Notes: generated by a model from the letters alone, not told the origin. Positions 49,392 through 60,963 are shown, counted from the first letter of the stretch. The stretch: 64,000 bases of DNA from an uncultured Eubacteriales bacterium (GCA_934479825.1 CAKSOW010000009.1:18338-82337); one strand, 5' to 3'. Translations and numbers: made by a program.

Positions 49392-50093
49392 TTATTCCGT
49401 ATCTTTTCCGTTTTCGGGGTCAGTGTCCCCGTTTGTTTCTCCGTCTGCGGCGTTTACCAAGGCAAGACTGTAACACAACGCCATTAACGAATCGCCAAGG
49501 TGAACGTTTTCGATGATGACATCCGGGTATTTATCAAGGCGCAATTCAGCATTGGAGAAATTCCAGAAACCGTGTACCCCCGATTCGGCAAGGCTCTCCG
49601 CCATGCGGTAGACCTCGGTCTTGGGCAATGTCAATATGGCAATATCCACGCGGGTCTTCTTGCAGAAATTATGAATTTCATCGATGTGCTGAACCGTGAA
49701 TTTCCCGTAAGCACTGCCAACAACATTCGGCGAAACATCAAAAAGGCCTTTGACGGTCACGCCGCGTTTTTCAAACATAGGCGTGTTAATCAATGCGCGT
49801 CCCAAGTTTCCGACGCCGACGATAATGGCTGTAAACCCACGGTCAACACCGAGGATCTTGGAGATCTCGCCATATAAATATTTGACGTTGTAGCCATATC
49901 CCTGCTGTCCGAAACCGCCGAAGCAGTTGAGATCCTGTCGGATCTGCGACGCCGTGACATGCATGCGCTCCGCAAGCTCCCCGGAAGATATCCGCATAAT
50001 CCCGCCGGCAAGCAGTTCGCGCAGATAGCGGAAATACCGCGGCAGACGGCGGATAACCGCCTTGGATATATAGCGATCCTGATGTTCTTTCAA
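49392..50093 (-). CDS. rex: Redox-sensing transcriptional repressor Rex
   Basis: RRLPRYFRYL, VTASQIRQDLNCFGGFGQQGYGYNV, Rossmann motif IVGVGNLG. GGAGGAGG lies 7 nt before the TTG at 50093. Confidence 0.92.
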   Translation of the reverse strand: MKEHQDRYISKAVIRRLPRYFRYLRELLAGGIMRISSGELAERMHVTASQIRQDLNCFGGFGQQGYGYNVKYLYGEISKILGVDRGFTAIIVGVGNLGRALINTPMFEKRGVTVKGLFDVSPNVVGSAYGKFTVQHIDEIHNFCKKTRVDIAILTLPKTEVYRMAESLAESGVHGFWNFSNAELRLDKYPDVIIENVHLGDSLMALCYSLALVNAADGETNGDTDPENGKDTE

Positions 50094-50515
50094 ATGAAAA
50101 CCTCCTCCGGGCAAAAATCATTCCATAGGTACGGCTATGCATTTCAAAACGCTTAACCGCGCCCTTTCGTAAAATCAAGTCTTTTTTGTGAATAATACGT
50201 CTGCGTATCCGCACGATAATTTTTGACGTTTACATAATTATCAACATTTTCAACAGGTTTTTCAACTGTTTGACGGCGTTGTTTCCACCGGAAACACGCC
50301 GTTTGCAAGGAAAAAACGGCAGGTTTTCCACTGTTTGTTGATAACTAAGTTCTCCGTCAGCTCTGAAATTATGTCAACAGAACCGCGAAAAAATTTTGGT
50401 TCTTTGCACAAAAACGACCGTCAAACTTTGTGAAACATGCAGATTTTGTAAAAAGTCCTCTGCACTTCACCCGGTGCAAAACAGGATTTTTAAGTTTACG
50501 CAAACAGGGCTTATT

Positions 50516-51565
50516 TTAAAATTCATCTGCACCGCGCTCAACATCGGCGGTTGCATAGGCGTTCAAGGCGAGATTGTGAAAATCGGCGGTCTTTCCGACA
50601 AATTCGTAGTACCCCTGCGCCGCAATCATCACGCCATTATCGCCGCAGAGCGGAAGCGGCGGTTCATACAGCATAACGCCATGCTTTTCGCACAAAGCGC
50701 CAAGCGCTTTGCGAATATGGCTGTTCGCCGAAACACCGCCGGCCAAAACCAGCTTTTTTGACGTGAATTCCGGCGATTCAAACAGTTTTTCCACGCGGGA
50801 TTCCAATGCGCGGCACACAGCCGCCGTAAAGGACGCCGCCACATCCTCTTTCGAGAATGCAAGCCCTTTCTGCGAAAGTGTGTGCAAATGGTTGATCGCG
50901 GCGGTTTTTAAGCCGGAGAACGAAAAATCATACGGCGAATCCTTGACGTGCGCTTCGGGAAAGAATACTGCGTCCGGGTTGCCAAGCGCAGCGAGCTTGT
51001 CCATTTTGGCGCCGCCCGGATAAGTAAGTCCCATCAATCTTGCTACCTTGTCAAAAGCTTCACCAGCCGCGTCGTCGCGCGTTGCACCGATACACCGATA
51101 GTCCGTATAGCTTTTCACATGAAGCAGCGACGTGTGTCCGCCGCTCATGACAAGCGCGGCAAACGGGGGCTCCAAAAGCGGCGCGTCAACGCCGTTGTAA
51201 TAGGTGTAATTAGCGGCAACATGGCCGCGGATATGATGCACCGGCACAAGCGGCAATCCGTTGGCGTAGGCAAGCCCTTTGGCAAAGCTCACCCCGACAA
51301 GCAGTGCGCCGATAAGACCGGGACGGTTGGTCACGGCCACCGCGTCGATGTCCGTTATGTTCTTTCCGGCTTTTTCGAGAGCCTCACGCACGATATGCGT
51401 AATAGCCTCCGTGTGCGCACGCGAGGCTATTTCCGGTACAACGCCGCCATACAGCGCGTGCGTTTCGATCTGCGACGCTACTGCATTGGAAAGCGTAAAC
51501 CTGCCGTCACGTACAACAGCAGCCGCAGTTTCGTCACAGGAAGATTCGATTGCAAGTATATCCAT
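50516..51565 (-). CDS. tsaD: tRNA N6-adenosine threonylcarbamoyltransferase
   Basis: ILAIESSCDET, HHIRGH, SGGHT, GGVSAN. Confidence 0.96.
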   Translation of the reverse strand: MDILAIESSCDETAAAVVRDGRFTLSNAVASQIETHALYGGVVPEIASRAHTEAITHIVREALEKAGKNITDIDAVAVTNRPGLIGALLVGVSFAKGLAYANGLPLVPVHHIRGHVAANYTYYNGVDAPLLEPPFAALVMSGGHTSLLHVKSYTDYRCIGATRDDAAGEAFDKVARLMGLTYPGGAKMDKLAALGNPDAVFFPEAHVKDSPYDFSFSGLKTAAINHLHTLSQKGLAFSKEDVAASFTAAVCRALESRVEKLFESPEFTSKKLVLAGGVSANSHIRKALGALCEKHGVMLYEPPLPLCGDNGVMIAAQGYYEFVGKTADFHNLALNAYATADVERGADEF

Positions 51566-51627
51566 AATATAAACTGTATCCTTTTGGCGGAACGCCTTTG
51601 ACGGATTTCCGCATCATTTTCTCTGCT

Positions 51628-52098
51628 TTATTGAAAGTATCTGTCGTAAAGGACAGCGTCCTCGGTTGGATTTTTATAGAAATTCCGACGTGTTCCCACC
51701 ACGACAAAGCCATTTTTTTCGTACAGCGCGCGAGCCGGTACATTGGAGGCGCGTACTTCAAGTCCGGCCCGTTCCGCCTCGTGCTTTTCCACCCATGTAA
51801 AAAGAGCGTCAAGCAAGCCGTCTGCGATTCCTTTGCGCCGGAATTCGGGCAGTACCGCAACGTTTGCTATCTGGATCTCGCCTGCCAAAAACGTATAGGT
51901 AATATACCCTGAAAAAACGCTGTCTGTAAGAGAAACCACCGCATGGTTATAGGGGTACGACAAAAAATCCTTTACCGCACCCAGGCTCCACGGTTCGGAA
52001 AAACAGCGTTTTTCCGCCTCGGCAATCGCTTCGGCAAATTGCCCGGTATCTTCTGTCCGGTATTCCGTCCGGAAGTCCGCTCTCCCCTGTCGGTTCAA
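51628..52098 (-). CDS. rimI: Ribosomal-protein-alanine N-acetyltransferase (GNAT)
   Basis: GNAT motif A NVAVLPEFRRKGIADGLL. It sits directly upstream of tsaD. The TTG start overlaps the upstream stop. Confidence 0.8.
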   Translation of the reverse strand: MNRQGRADFRTEYRTEDTGQFAEAIAEAEKRCFSEPWSLGAVKDFLSYPYNHAVVSLTDSVFSGYITYTFLAGEIQIANVAVLPEFRRKGIADGLLDALFTWVEKHEAERAGLEVRASNVPARALYEKNGFVVVGTRRNFYKNPTEDAVLYDRYFQ

Positions 52099-52529
52099 AG
52101 CTTGCCGACCTCAATGGCTCGCAGAATTTTTTCCACCCCGTCGGTGATTTTGATAAGACTGCGGCGGTACAGCATGATATCGCCGCCAAACGGGTCGGGC
52201 ACTTCAAGCGGAAAACGGTAGATTTTATCCTGATATTCCGGAAATGCCGCCACAAGGGCCGTGTTAATTGAATAGGTCAGGCCGAAAACAATGTCGCATT
52301 CGGTGAGCATCGTGTCGGTGATCTGTTTTGACGTGCCGGAGAGCGAGATACCGTTGTCGCGAAGCACTTCAACGGTATTGGCGGCATACGGCAGACCGTC
52401 TTGGGTATAGAGACCGGCCGAAAAGGCTACCGCGTCAAGACCGCGTTTTTCGGCAACAGCATTGAACACAGCCTGAGCCATCGGACTGCGGCAGGTATTT
52501 CCGGAACAGACAAACAAAACTTTTTTCAT
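52095..52529 (-). CDS. Low-molecular-weight protein tyrosine/arginine phosphatase
   Basis: P-loop VCSGNTCRSPMA (C-x5-R-S). AAAGGAG RBS before the ATG at 52529. Confidence 0.88.
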   Translation of the reverse strand: MKKVLFVCSGNTCRSPMAQAVFNAVAEKRGLDAVAFSAGLYTQDGLPYAANTVEVLRDNGISLSGTSKQITDTMLTECDIVFGLTYSINTALVAAFPEYQDKIYRFPLEVPDPFGGDIMLYRRSLIKITDGVEKILRAIEVGKL

Positions 52530-52584
52530 AAAAAGGGACTCCTTTGGATTCGGCATATACGCTGAATCAAATAAAAAATACGCG

Positions 52585-53073
52585 TTAGTATCCGAATTTT
52601 CCGCTTAAACTGTCATCGTTTTCGATCCAGTCAGAGGTGTTGTAGACCGTGTATTCCTCCGGTGTTTCACGGACAAAGACACGTGCGATTCCGGCATTTA
52701 TCACAACGCGTTTGCACATCATGCAACAGCTTGTACCGGCGACAAGCTCCCCGGTTTTGGCATCAATACAGGCAAGATACAAGTCTGCGCCCAACATCTG
52801 GTCGCGCGAAGCGTTGATGACCGCGTTCATTTCCGCATGAACCGAACGGCACATTTCATACCGTTCGCCGCGCGGAATGTTCATTTCATCGCGTGTACAG
52901 CGGCAGATATCCGAGCAGTTCTTGCGCCCGCGCGGCGCACCGACATAACCGGTCGATACGATCGCGTCATTCCGGACAATAATCGCTCCATATTTTTTTC
53001 GCAAGCAGGTAGAGCGTTCCGCAACGGTTTGTGCAATATCAAGATAATAATTGGTTTTACTGATACGTTCCAT
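52585..53073 (-). CDS. dCMP deaminase (ComEB family)
   Basis: HAEMNA and the CCMMC zinc motifs. GGAGG RBS before the ATG at 53073. Confidence 0.88.
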   Translation of the reverse strand: MERISKTNYYLDIAQTVAERSTCLRKKYGAIIVRNDAIVSTGYVGAPRGRKNCSDICRCTRDEMNIPRGERYEMCRSVHAEMNAVINASRDQMLGADLYLACIDAKTGELVAGTSCCMMCKRVVINAGIARVFVRETPEEYTVYNTSDWIENDDSLSGKFGY

Positions 53074-53273
53074 ATGAGCCTCCGAACCTTGCTTTTTTTG
53101 CATTACCCATAAAATGAGCATTATATGAGTATTTTGTATTATACACCCAAACCGGGCAAAAAATCAAGTGCTTTTTTTGAACATAATACACTTGCGTCTG
53201 GTATTTTTTCACATTTATCTCTGCCGCCTCATCTGCATCATCCCACAAGACATGGTTTTATAAAATACAAAAA

Positions 53274-53303
53274 AGCGGTAACATGTAAAAACATGTTTCC
53301 GCT
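53274..53303. terminator. Terminator downstream of rplQ
   Basis: Stem agcggtaacatg / catgtttccgct (one mismatch), flanked by A- and T-runs. Confidence 0.65.
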
Positions 53304-53326
53304 TTTTGCTTTGCTTTAAAAGCTTC

Positions 53327-53671
53327 TTACTTTACAAGCTCAATAATCGCCATTTCGGCGCCGTCGCCGCGTCTGGGACCGATTTTGAGAACTCTTGTGT
53401 AACCGCCGTTGCGGTCAGCATAAGAGGGAGCGATTTCGTTAAAGAGTTTAACGACAACCTCTTCCTTAGTAATAAAAGCAAGTGCCTGTCTCTTTGCGGC
53501 AAGCGTATTCTTCTTGCCCAAAGTGATCATTTTATCGGTAAGAGCGCGAACTTCTTTCGCTCTGTATACGGTCGTTTCCAATCTGCCGTTTTCAAGCAGA
53601 TAAGTAACAAGACCTTTTAACATGGACATTCTGATGTCGGTCGGACGTCCAAGTTTTCTTGTTCCTGGCAT
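53327..53671 (-). CDS. rplQ: 50S ribosomal protein L17
   Basis: Sequence and position after rpoA. Confidence 0.97.
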   Translation of the reverse strand: MPGTRKLGRPTDIRMSMLKGLVTYLLENGRLETTVYRAKEVRALTDKMITLGKKNTLAAKRQALAFITKEEVVVKLFNEIAPSYADRNGGYTRVLKIGPRRGDGAEMAIIELVK

Positions 53672-53820
53672 GGATTTAACCTCCTTCGTGAATTGATACT
53701 ATCCCTGCAAAAATCGTTTTGCAAGTGGTTTTCCCGTCATGACATGCAAAACCTCGCATATCATGAGCTTCCGGTATCAACCGGAATTGGTTTTCAAGGT
53801 GACTGTGGCAGCCGTTCGGT

Positions 53821-54774
53821 TCAGTCTTCATCCTTCTTTAAGGAAAGTCCGAGAGAATGCAGTTTCTGAATAACTTCTTCAAGAGACTTCTTTCCGAGGT
53901 TACGAACCTTGATCATCTCGTCCTCTGTCTTATTGACGAGGTCTTCGACTGTATCAATGCCGGCGCGCTTCAAACAGTTGAACGAGCGCACTGACATGTC
54001 AAGCTCCTCAATGGTCATCTCCAACACTTTTTCTTTAATGGTTTCCTGTCTGTCAACCATTATTTCCGCTTTTTTCGCGTCATCTGACAAGTCTATAAAC
54101 AGACTGAGATGCTCATTGAGAATCTTGGCAGCAAGCGATATGGCTTCCTTTGCGGAGATGGTTCCGTCCGTCAGTACCTCAAGCGTGAGCTTATCGTAGT
54201 CGGTCACGTTGCCTACACGGGTGTTTTCAACCGTGTAATTCACTTTGTAAACCGGGGTATAGATGGAATCAACGCAAATAAGACCGATGGGAGGATTTTG
54301 CAGTGCAGCCTTGTTCTTCTCACCCGAAACATAGCCGCGGCCATGTCCGAAGGTAAGCTCCATTTTCAAAGCACCGCCAGCCTCCACATATGCCAAATGA
54401 TGATCCTTATTGAGAATTTCGATATCCGCATCACACTTGATATCGCCGGCTTTGACCTCGCCCTCTTCCGTTGCTTCGAGAGTAACGGTCTTGGGAGAAT
54501 CGGTATGAAGCTTAGCGGTGATGCCCTTGATATTGAGAATGATCTCCGGAACATCTTCTTTAACGTTGGGGATTACCGAGATTTCATGAAGCACGCCGTC
54601 AATCTTGACGCTGGTTGCCGCAACGCCCGGAAGCGAGCTTAACAGCACACGGCGAAGCGAGTTGCCGAGCGTAGTTCCATATCCTCTTTCCAATGGCTCA
54701 ATCACGAATTTGCCGTAGGAGCCGTCGGATTTCAATTCGACTGTTGTAATATTCGGTCTTTCTATTTCTATCAT
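53821..54774 (-). CDS. rpoA: DNA-directed RNA polymerase subunit alpha
   Basis: Both the N-terminal and C-terminal domains are recognisable ([33 protein letters not shown]). Confidence 0.98.
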   Translation of the reverse strand: MIEIERPNITTVELKSDGSYGKFVIEPLERGYGTTLGNSLRRVLLSSLPGVAATSVKIDGVLHEISVIPNVKEDVPEIILNIKGITAKLHTDSPKTVTLEATEEGEVKAGDIKCDADIEILNKDHHLAYVEAGGALKMELTFGHGRGYVSGEKNKAALQNPPIGLICVDSIYTPVYKVNYTVENTRVGNVTDYDKLTLEVLTDGTISAKEAISLAAKILNEHLSLFIDLSDDAKKAEIMVDRQETIKEKVLEMTIEELDMSVRSFNCLKRAGIDTVEDLVNKTEDEMIKVRNLGKKSLEEVIQKLHSLGLSLKKDED

Positions 54775-54834
54775 TGCCTGAAACCTCCCCTTCTCGTAAT
54801 AACGTTTCTGTAACTTTCGTTCAAGTTCAAAAGG

Positions 54835-55467
54835 TTATGCTTTCTTTGAGTACCACTCAACGATGAAGTGTTCCTCAAACGGGAAGTCGATGTCTTCTCT
54901 CTTGGGAAGCGTCGTGATCGTAGCGGTCACATTCTGCTTGTCAACATCGAGCCAAGCCGGGAACGTACGGTTATCGAGGTTCTCAATGAGGGATTTGATC
55001 TTATCGGATTTACGGCTGGTATCCTTTACGGTGATCACATCGCCTGCGCGAAGAATCATGGAAGCAATGTCTGCTTTCTTGCCGTTTACAAGGAAATGAC
55101 CGTGGGTAACGAGCTGTCTTGCATCTCTGCGGCTTTCGCCCATACCCATACGGAATACGACGTTGTCAAGACGGCGTTCGATAAGGGTAAGCAGGTTTTC
55201 ACCGGTCATGCCCTCTTTTGCATCAGCAGCCTTGAAATAATTTCTGAACTGTCTTTCCGGGATACCGTAGTATCTCTTGGCTTTCTGCACCTCACGGAGC
55301 TGCAAGCCGTATTCGCTTACCTTCTTGCGAGCCGCGCCATGCTGACCCGGCACACCGGTGCGTCTGTTCATAGCGCACTTTTCGGTAAAGCAACGTTCAC
55401 CCTTGGCAAACAGCTTAACGCCTTCTCTGCGGCACTGTCTGCAAGCGGGACCTGTGTATTTTGCCAT
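54835..55467 (-). CDS. rpsD: 30S ribosomal protein S4
   Basis: [16 protein letters not shown] and an S4 domain. Confidence 0.98.
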   Translation of the reverse strand: MAKYTGPACRQCRREGVKLFAKGERCFTEKCAMNRRTGVPGQHGAARKKVSEYGLQLREVQKAKRYYGIPERQFRNYFKAADAKEGMTGENLLTLIERRLDNVVFRMGMGESRRDARQLVTHGHFLVNGKKADIASMILRAGDVITVKDTSRKSDKIKSLIENLDNRTFPAWLDVDKQNVTATITTLPKREDIDFPFEEHFIVEWYSKKA

Positions 55468-55517
55468 GAGTTTAATTCCTCCTTAAATAACTTTTGGGAA
55501 CAGGTAAAGGTTCCGGA

Positions 55518-55919
55518 TTATACGCGTCTTCTCTTAGGAGGACGGCAGCCGTTGTGCGGAATCGGCGTTACATCCTTGATGGATACGATTTCAAGACCTG
55601 CGGTCTGAAGCGCACGGATGGCGGATTCTCTGCCCTGGCCGGGGCCCTTAACGAAAACTTCAACCGTCTTTAAACCGTGTTCCATAGCAGCCTTTGCAGC
55701 CGTTTCAGCGGCGGTCTGAGCAGCATACGGAGTGGATTTTCTCGATCCGCGGAAGCCCATTTCACCGGCGGAAGCCCAAGAGAGTGCGTTTCCGTTGGTA
55801 TCGGTGATGGTGACGATCGTGTTGTTAAAGGACGAACGGATATGTGCGGAGCCTTTTTCGATATTTTTGCGTTCGCGGCGTTTTCTGGTTACCGCTTTTT
55901 TCGTTGTAACTTTTGCCAT
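55518..55919 (-). CDS. rpsK: 30S ribosomal protein S11
   Basis: [32 protein letters not shown]. The ATG at 55919 is preferred over the GTG at 55934. Confidence 0.96.
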   Translation of the reverse strand: MAKVTTKKAVTRKRRERKNIEKGSAHIRSSFNNTIVTITDTNGNALSWASAGEMGFRGSRKSTPYAAQTAAETAAKAAMEHGLKTVEVFVKGPGQGRESAIRALQTAGLEIVSIKDVTPIPHNGCRPPKRRRV

Positions 55920-55970
55920 ACTTTCGTTAGTCACTCCTTCTTACATGACTTCGGTCATGTTGAATATTGG

Positions 55971-56339
55971 TTACTTCTTCTTATTGGCGATGGTCTTTGC
56001 CGGACCTTTACGGGTTCTTGCGTTGGTTTTGGAACGCTGACCTCTTACCGGGAGACCCTTGCGATGTCTGGAACCTCTGTAAGAATCGATTTCGATAAGG
56101 CGCTTGATATTCATTGCAATATCTCTGCGCAGATCGCCTTCGACGGCATATTCGTGTTCGATAGCTTCACGTAACTTTGCTACGTCATCTTCGGACAGAT
56201 CCTTGACTCTGGTGTCAGGGTTGATGCCGGTCTTTGCAAGTATCTCATTGGAGCGGGTACGTCCGATACCGAAAATATAGGTAAGTCCGATTTCGACTCG
56301 TTTTTCTCTCGGAAGGTCTACACCTGCTATACGTGCCAT
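55971..56339 (-). CDS. rpsM: 30S ribosomal protein S13
   Basis: [14 protein letters not shown]. Confidence 0.98.
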   Translation of the reverse strand: MARIAGVDLPREKRVEIGLTYIFGIGRTRSNEILAKTGINPDTRVKDLSEDDVAKLREAIEHEYAVEGDLRRDIAMNIKRLIEIDSYRGSRHRKGLPVRGQRSKTNARTRKGPAKTIANKKK

Positions 56340-56383
56340 TATATTACACCTCGTTTTCTCGTCTTGCGACGCAAATGGGTTAC

Positions 56384-56497
56384 TTAACCCTGTCTCTGCT
56401 TATGCTTCGGATTTTCGCAGATCACCATTACGACGCCGCGGCGCTTGATGATCTTGCACTTTTCGCATATCTTTTTTACCGAAGGTTTAACTTTCAT
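56384..56497 (-). CDS. rpmJ: 50S ribosomal protein L36
   Basis: Hand translation gives [46 protein letters not shown]. Too short to appear in the ORF track. Confidence 0.95.
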   Translation of the reverse strand: MKVKPSVKKICEKCKIIKRRGVVMVICENPKHKQRQG

Positions 56498-56536
56498 TTT
56501 AAAATCCTCCTGTTTGCGCGCTTGTCAAGCGTCGGC

Positions 56537-56755
56537 TTATTTTGCGCGCCATGTGATTCTGCCCTTGGTCAGGTCGTAGCTCGAAACCTCGACCGTCACC
56601 TTATCGCCCGGAAGAATCTTGATGAAATTCATTCTTAACTTTCCGGAGATGTGTGCCGTCACGACATGATCATTGGGAAGCTTAACAAGGAACGTGGCGT
56701 TGGGAAGCGCCTCTGTTACCACGCCCTCAAATTCAATAACGTCGTCTTTGGACAA
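56537..56755 (-). CDS. infA: Translation initiation factor IF-1
   Basis: 72 aa, S1-like ([16 protein letters not shown]). Confidence 0.98.
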   Translation of the reverse strand: MSKDDVIEFEGVVTEALPNATFLVKLPNDHVVTAHISGKLRMNFIKILPGDKVTVEVSSYDLTKGRITWRAK

Positions 56756-56774
56756 TTCAATTCCTCCAAACTAC

Positions 56775-57083
56775 TTAGTCTCTGTCAAACACGGCAAGAG
56801 CCTTGCAAATCTCTTCATCCGCAGAAAAAGGCATTCGGCCGTTTCCCGGAACAAGCGTTTCAAGATGTGCCGCGCTTTTTCGTTTCGGATGGGTAAGAGG
56901 TCTCGTACAGCCGTCCGAAACGAACGCGTACAAGTTGCCTTTTGGATCCGCATCTGTGGCGACGACAGCAAAAACTCTGCCGCGCGTCCGCCCGGAGCGG
57001 GATCGGACAATACTGCCGACACCGTGGCTTTCACAGAATGTGTTTTTACAGATTTTCAGTTTTCTCTTTCGATCAAAGCTCAT
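56775..57083 (-). CDS. KOW-domain RNA-binding protein
   Basis: VGSIVRSRSGRTRGRVFAVV is a KOW motif. The position between map and infA is conserved in Clostridia. Confidence 0.7.
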   Translation of the reverse strand: MSFDRKRKLKICKNTFCESHGVGSIVRSRSGRTRGRVFAVVATDADPKGNLYAFVSDGCTRPLTHPKRKSAAHLETLVPGNGRMPFSADEEICKALAVFDRD

Positions 57084-57826
57084 ATTTTCGTGAGAATCTC
57101 AGGTCCGTTTTCGGTAATCAGAATGGAATTTTCGTAATGAGCGGAAAGAGCTCCGTCATCCGTTACAACCGTCCAGTCATTATCGAGAACCGAAACCTCC
57201 GCCGTACCGAAGTTGACCATCGGTTCAACGGCAATCGTCATTCCCTCATACAGGCGCGTGCCTCTGCCGGCGCGGCCGTAATTGGGAACTTCGGGATCTT
57301 CATGCAGATGAGCGCCCACACCGTGACCGACAAATTCCTTAACCACCGAAAAGCCTGCGTTTTCAACGTGCTCTTGGATAGCATGGGAAATATCGCCTAA
57401 GCGATGCGAGGGATCCGCATACTTGATTCCCTCAAAGAAACTCTCACGTGTGATTCGTTCCAAACGTTTTGCGTCCTCGGAAACTTCGCCGCAGAACAGT
57501 GTGCGTGCTGCGTCTCCGTGGTATCCCTTGTAGCAAGCTCCGACATCCACCTTGACGATATCGCCCTCCGTGAGAAGCCGTTTGCCGGGGATTCCATGAA
57601 TCACTTCATCGTTTACGCTGATACAAGCGCTGGCAGGAAAACCGTTGTAATGCAGAAACGAGGGAGTTGCACCGTGCGACGTGATAAAGCGGTGAATCTC
57701 GGAATCAATATGAATCAGAGAAACACCCGGCTTTACCAGAGTTGCCGCAAGCTCTAACGCGCCTGCCGTGATCTTGCCAGCCTCGCGCATCAGCGCGATT
57801 TCTTCATTGTTTTTGATCTTAATCAT
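57080..57826 (-). CDS. map: Type I methionine aminopeptidase
   Basis: Metal ligand motifs DVGACYKGYHGD, GHGVG and TIAVEP. Confidence 0.96.
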   Translation of the reverse strand: MIKIKNNEEIALMREAGKITAGALELAATLVKPGVSLIHIDSEIHRFITSHGATPSFLHYNGFPASACISVNDEVIHGIPGKRLLTEGDIVKVDVGACYKGYHGDAARTLFCGEVSEDAKRLERITRESFFEGIKYADPSHRLGDISHAIQEHVENAGFSVVKEFVGHGVGAHLHEDPEVPNYGRAGRGTRLYEGMTIAVEPMVNFGTAEVSVLDNDWTVVTDDGALSAHYENSILITENGPEILTKI

Positions 57827-57857
57827 TCAAAACCAGTCCTTAATGCAAGTCTTGCAA

Positions 57858-58496
57858 CTATTCCTCGATACCGAGCGCTTTTGCGGTGAGCGCGGTGGTA
57901 TCGGCGAGTTCTTTCTGACCAACCACGGTACGGAGGATGCCTTTTGCTTCATAGAAAGCTTTCAAAGGCTCTGTCTCGGTGTGGTAGACATCAAGTCTGC
58001 TTTTGACAACATCGGGATGATCGTCCTTACGCACGGTAAGTTCCGCACCGCAATTATCGCATATGCCCTCTGTTTTGGTGGGATTGAATTCGACGTGATA
58101 CGTTCCGCCGCATTTCGGACAGGTTCTTCTGCCGCTCATGCGGTTGATGATATCTTCGTCGGACACTTCGATATTGAGAACGACATCGATCTTCACGCCC
58201 ATTTCGTCAAGCGCCTTGGCCTGCGGAATGGTACGGGGAAAACCGTCAAGGATAAAACCTTTTTTGCAGTCGTCCTTATCGAGTCTGTCTTTGATAATAC
58301 CGATAACAACCTCATCGGGAACAAGCTTTCCGGCATCGATATAACTCTTTGCCGAAAGCCCCATTTCCGTTCCGTTTTTGATTGCTTCACGGATGATATT
58401 GCCCGTAGAAATCGTGGGAATATCTAACTTTTTGCTGACGATTTCAGCCTGTGTGCCTTTACCGGCACCCGGAGCACCGAAAAATATTATATTCAT
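57858..58496 (-). CDS. adk: Adenylate kinase (Zn-lid type)
   Basis: GAPGAGKGTQ and the lid CPKCGGTYH...CDNCG. Confidence 0.97.
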   Translation of the reverse strand: MNIIFFGAPGAGKGTQAEIVSKKLDIPTISTGNIIREAIKNGTEMGLSAKSYIDAGKLVPDEVVIGIIKDRLDKDDCKKGFILDGFPRTIPQAKALDEMGVKIDVVLNIEVSDEDIINRMSGRRTCPKCGGTYHVEFNPTKTEGICDNCGAELTVRKDDHPDVVKSRLDVYHTETEPLKAFYEAKGILRTVVGQKELADTTALTAKALGIEE

Positions 58497-58544
58497 AATA
58501 TCTCCTTACCTGTGTGTCAGTGGAATTCTTGCAATCCTTACGGA

Positions 58545-59816
58545 TTATTCAAGAAAGCCTTTATAGTGACGCATGGTCATCTGTGCTTCGATCTCACGGG
58601 TCGTTTCAATGACAACGCTGACTAAGATAAGGAGTGACGAACCGCCGAAAGCAAGGTTTATCATCTTATCGCTGAACATGCCGAGAAGCATCGGCAAGCA
58701 GGCAACTAAGCCAAGGAAGATAGCGCCGATAAGCGTGACTCTGCCGAGAATCTTGGTGATATAATCGGTAGTCGGCTTGCCGGGACGGATACCCGTGATA
58801 AAACCGCCGTTTTTCTTCAAGTTGTTGGATACTTCAACCGGATTGAAAGAAATCGCAAGATAGAAGTAAGCGAACGCGATGATAAGGACGAAGTAAATGA
58901 TCATATACACCGGTTTTCTGTAAGAGAAGAAATCAACGATGTGATACCATACAGAACCGTCCTTAGGCGGAATGATAGCGGCGATTGTCGTAGGAATCGC
59001 TGCGATGGAGCTTGCGAAGATGATCGGCATAACGCCGGACATGTTGAGCTTGATCGGGAGGAATGTGCTCTGGCCGCCGTACATCTTTCTGCCAACCTGA
59101 CGCTTCGCGTACTGAACCGGAAGTCTGCGTTCTGCGTTGGTAACATGAACAACAAACACGATCATAGCAAGCGTGATGATAATGAACAGAATGAATACGA
59201 TAAGACCGTTGTTCCAGGCAGTCGAGACCATGGTCGGGAAAGAAGCAGCGATATTGACAAAAAGGATAATGGAAATACCGTTGCCGATTCCGTGATCATT
59301 AATCTTTTCAGCGAGCCACATGATGATAGCCGCACCGGCGCAATAGCATGCGATGATGACGAGCTTATCGAACAGGCGGTCGTGACCGGGAATGATCCAG
59401 CCCAATGCGTTGATATAAGCGCAATAACCGATACTGGTTAAAAGTGCAAGAACAACCGTGGTGTAACGGGTGATCTGCGTCAGCTTTTTGCGGCCTTCTT
59501 CGCCTTCCTTAGCCATTCTTTCGAGCGGCGGGATAGCGATGGTCAAAAGCTGAATAACGATGGAAGCCGTGATATACGGCGAGATGGAGAGTGCGAATAA
59601 AGTAGCCTTAGAAAACGTTTCGCCGGAAATAATGTCAAAATATTGGAACAGACCCTGTAAACCGCCGTTCGTGACGCCGCTCTGAGCGAGACCTGCGTAA
59701 ACAAACGGAACCGGAATAACAGAACCGATACGGAACAGAACAAGAATGAACAAAGTGAAGAGCATCTTATTCCGAAGTTCGGGAATTTTCCAAGCGTTTT
59801 TGAATGTCTGCAGCAC
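58545..59816 (-). CDS. secY: Preprotein translocase subunit SecY
   Basis: Ten-TM protein, and its position in the spc operon. Confidence 0.97.
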   Translation of the reverse strand: MLQTFKNAWKIPELRNKMLFTLFILVLFRIGSVIPVPFVYAGLAQSGVTNGGLQGLFQYFDIISGETFSKATLFALSISPYITASIVIQLLTIAIPPLERMAKEGEEGRKKLTQITRYTTVVLALLTSIGYCAYINALGWIIPGHDRLFDKLVIIACYCAGAAIIMWLAEKINDHGIGNGISIILFVNIAASFPTMVSTAWNNGLIVFILFIIITLAMIVFVVHVTNAERRLPVQYAKRQVGRKMYGGQSTFLPIKLNMSGVMPIIFASSIAAIPTTIAAIIPPKDGSVWYHIVDFFSYRKPVYMIIYFVLIIAFAYFYLAISFNPVEVSNNLKKNGGFITGIRPGKPTTDYITKILGRVTLIGAIFLGLVACLPMLLGMFSDKMINLAFGGSSLLILVSVVIETTREIEAQMTMRHYKGFLE

Positions 59817-59817
59817 T

Positions 59818-60264
59818 TTAAATCACCTCGGCCTTTCCGCCTGCGGCTTCGATCTTCTCCTTTGCAGATGCCGAGAAGATGGCAGCTTTAACGGTCAGCT
59901 TTTTGGTAATTTCGCCTCTTCCGAGGACTTTCAAACCGTTTAACTCCTTGCGGATAACGCCTTTTTCAAGAAGCGTTTCCATGGAAACGGCGTCGCCGTC
60001 GTTAAAGAGCTTATCTAAGGTTTCAAGGTTGATAATTGCGTATTCCTTCTTGAAAAGGCTGTTGGTGAAGCCTCTCTTCGGAAGTCTTCTGTAAAGCGGA
60101 ATCTGACCGCCTTCAAAGCCCGGTCTTACGCCGCCGCCTGTTCTGGCGTTCTGGCCTTTATGACCGCGTCCGGCCGTCTTTCCGTTACCGGAACCGACGC
60201 CGCGACCTTTTCTCCAAGCGGATTTTGTCGAGCCGGGAGCGGGTGAAAGTTCATGAAGCTTCAT
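59818..60264 (-). CDS. rplO: 50S ribosomal protein L15
   Basis: [12 protein letters not shown]...GRGHKGQ. Confidence 0.97.
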   Translation of the reverse strand: MKLHELSPAPGSTKSAWRKGRGVGSGNGKTAGRGHKGQNARTGGGVRPGFEGGQIPLYRRLPKRGFTNSLFKKEYAIINLETLDKLFNDGDAVSMETLLEKGVIRKELNGLKVLGRGEITKKLTVKAAIFSASAKEKIEAAGGKAEVI

Positions 60265-60266
60265 GA

Positions 60267-60446
60267 TTAGCCCTCCTTAACTGTGACAAGGTGACAAATG
60301 AGGTCGATTTTTCCTTTGGTAGCCTCATTGTTTTCCTGAACCGATACATCGCCGATTTTGCGTAACCCCATGGAGTTTGCAGTGGCGATCTGGTTCTTTT
60401 TACGACCGATCAAGCTTTTGGTCAGTGTTACTGTAATCTTAGCCAT
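60267..60446 (-). CDS. rpmD: 50S ribosomal protein L30
   Basis: [21 protein letters not shown] lies 8 nt before the ATG at 60446. Confidence 0.95.
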   Translation of the reverse strand: MAKITVTLTKSLIGRKKNQIATANSMGLRKIGDVSVQENNEATKGKIDLICHLVTVKEG

Positions 60447-60459
60447 CACTGTTTCCTCC

Positions 60460-60963
60460 TTAGCCTACGATTTCTTCGACGGTCTTGCCTCTCATTTTTG
60501 CAACAGCCTCAGCCGTTCTGAGATTGCGCAAGCCTTCAAAGGTTGCCTTAACGACATTGATCTTATTGTTGCTTCTGAGGCACTTAGCACGGATATCCTT
60601 GATACCTGCCATATCCACGACGGCACGAACCGTACCGCCTGCGATGATACCGGTACCTTCGGCAGCCGGTTTGAGAAGAACTCTTGCCGCGCCGAATTCG
60701 CCGATGATATCATGAGGAATGCTGGTGTTCTTGACAGAAACCTCGATCATATTTTTCTTAGCGTCTTCGATTGCTTTTCTGATAGCTTCCGGAACTTCGG
60801 CGGATTTGCCGATACCGTAGCCAACGTGACCGTTGCGGTCGCCTACTACAACTACTGCGGCGAAACGCATGATACGTCCGCCCTTGACTGTCTTGGATAC
60901 GCGTCTTGTTTCGATTACCGTTTCCTGGAGGTCAAGTGTTGCAGGATCCATTTTGAATGCCAT
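60460..60963 (-). CDS. rpsE: 30S ribosomal protein S5
   Basis: [10 protein letters not shown]...VVVGD. Confidence 0.97.
   Translation of the reverse strand: MAFKMDPATLDLQETVIETRRVSKTVKGGRIMRFAAVVVVGDRNGHVGYGIGKSAEVPEAIRKAIEDAKKNMIEVSVKNTSIPHDIIGEFGAARVLLKPAAEGTGIIAGGTVRAVVDMAGIKDIRAKCLRSNNKINVVKATFEGLRNLRTAEAVAKMRGKTVEEIVG

Noticed and set aside
50115-50515. Rex operator upstream of rex, and a parS site anywhere in the window
   Set aside because: Only half-site-like strings were seen (TTGTGAATAATAC at ~50196, TTGTGAAACATGC at ~50437, TGTTTCACGG at ~52665). None forms the expected inverted repeat, so no site is claimed.
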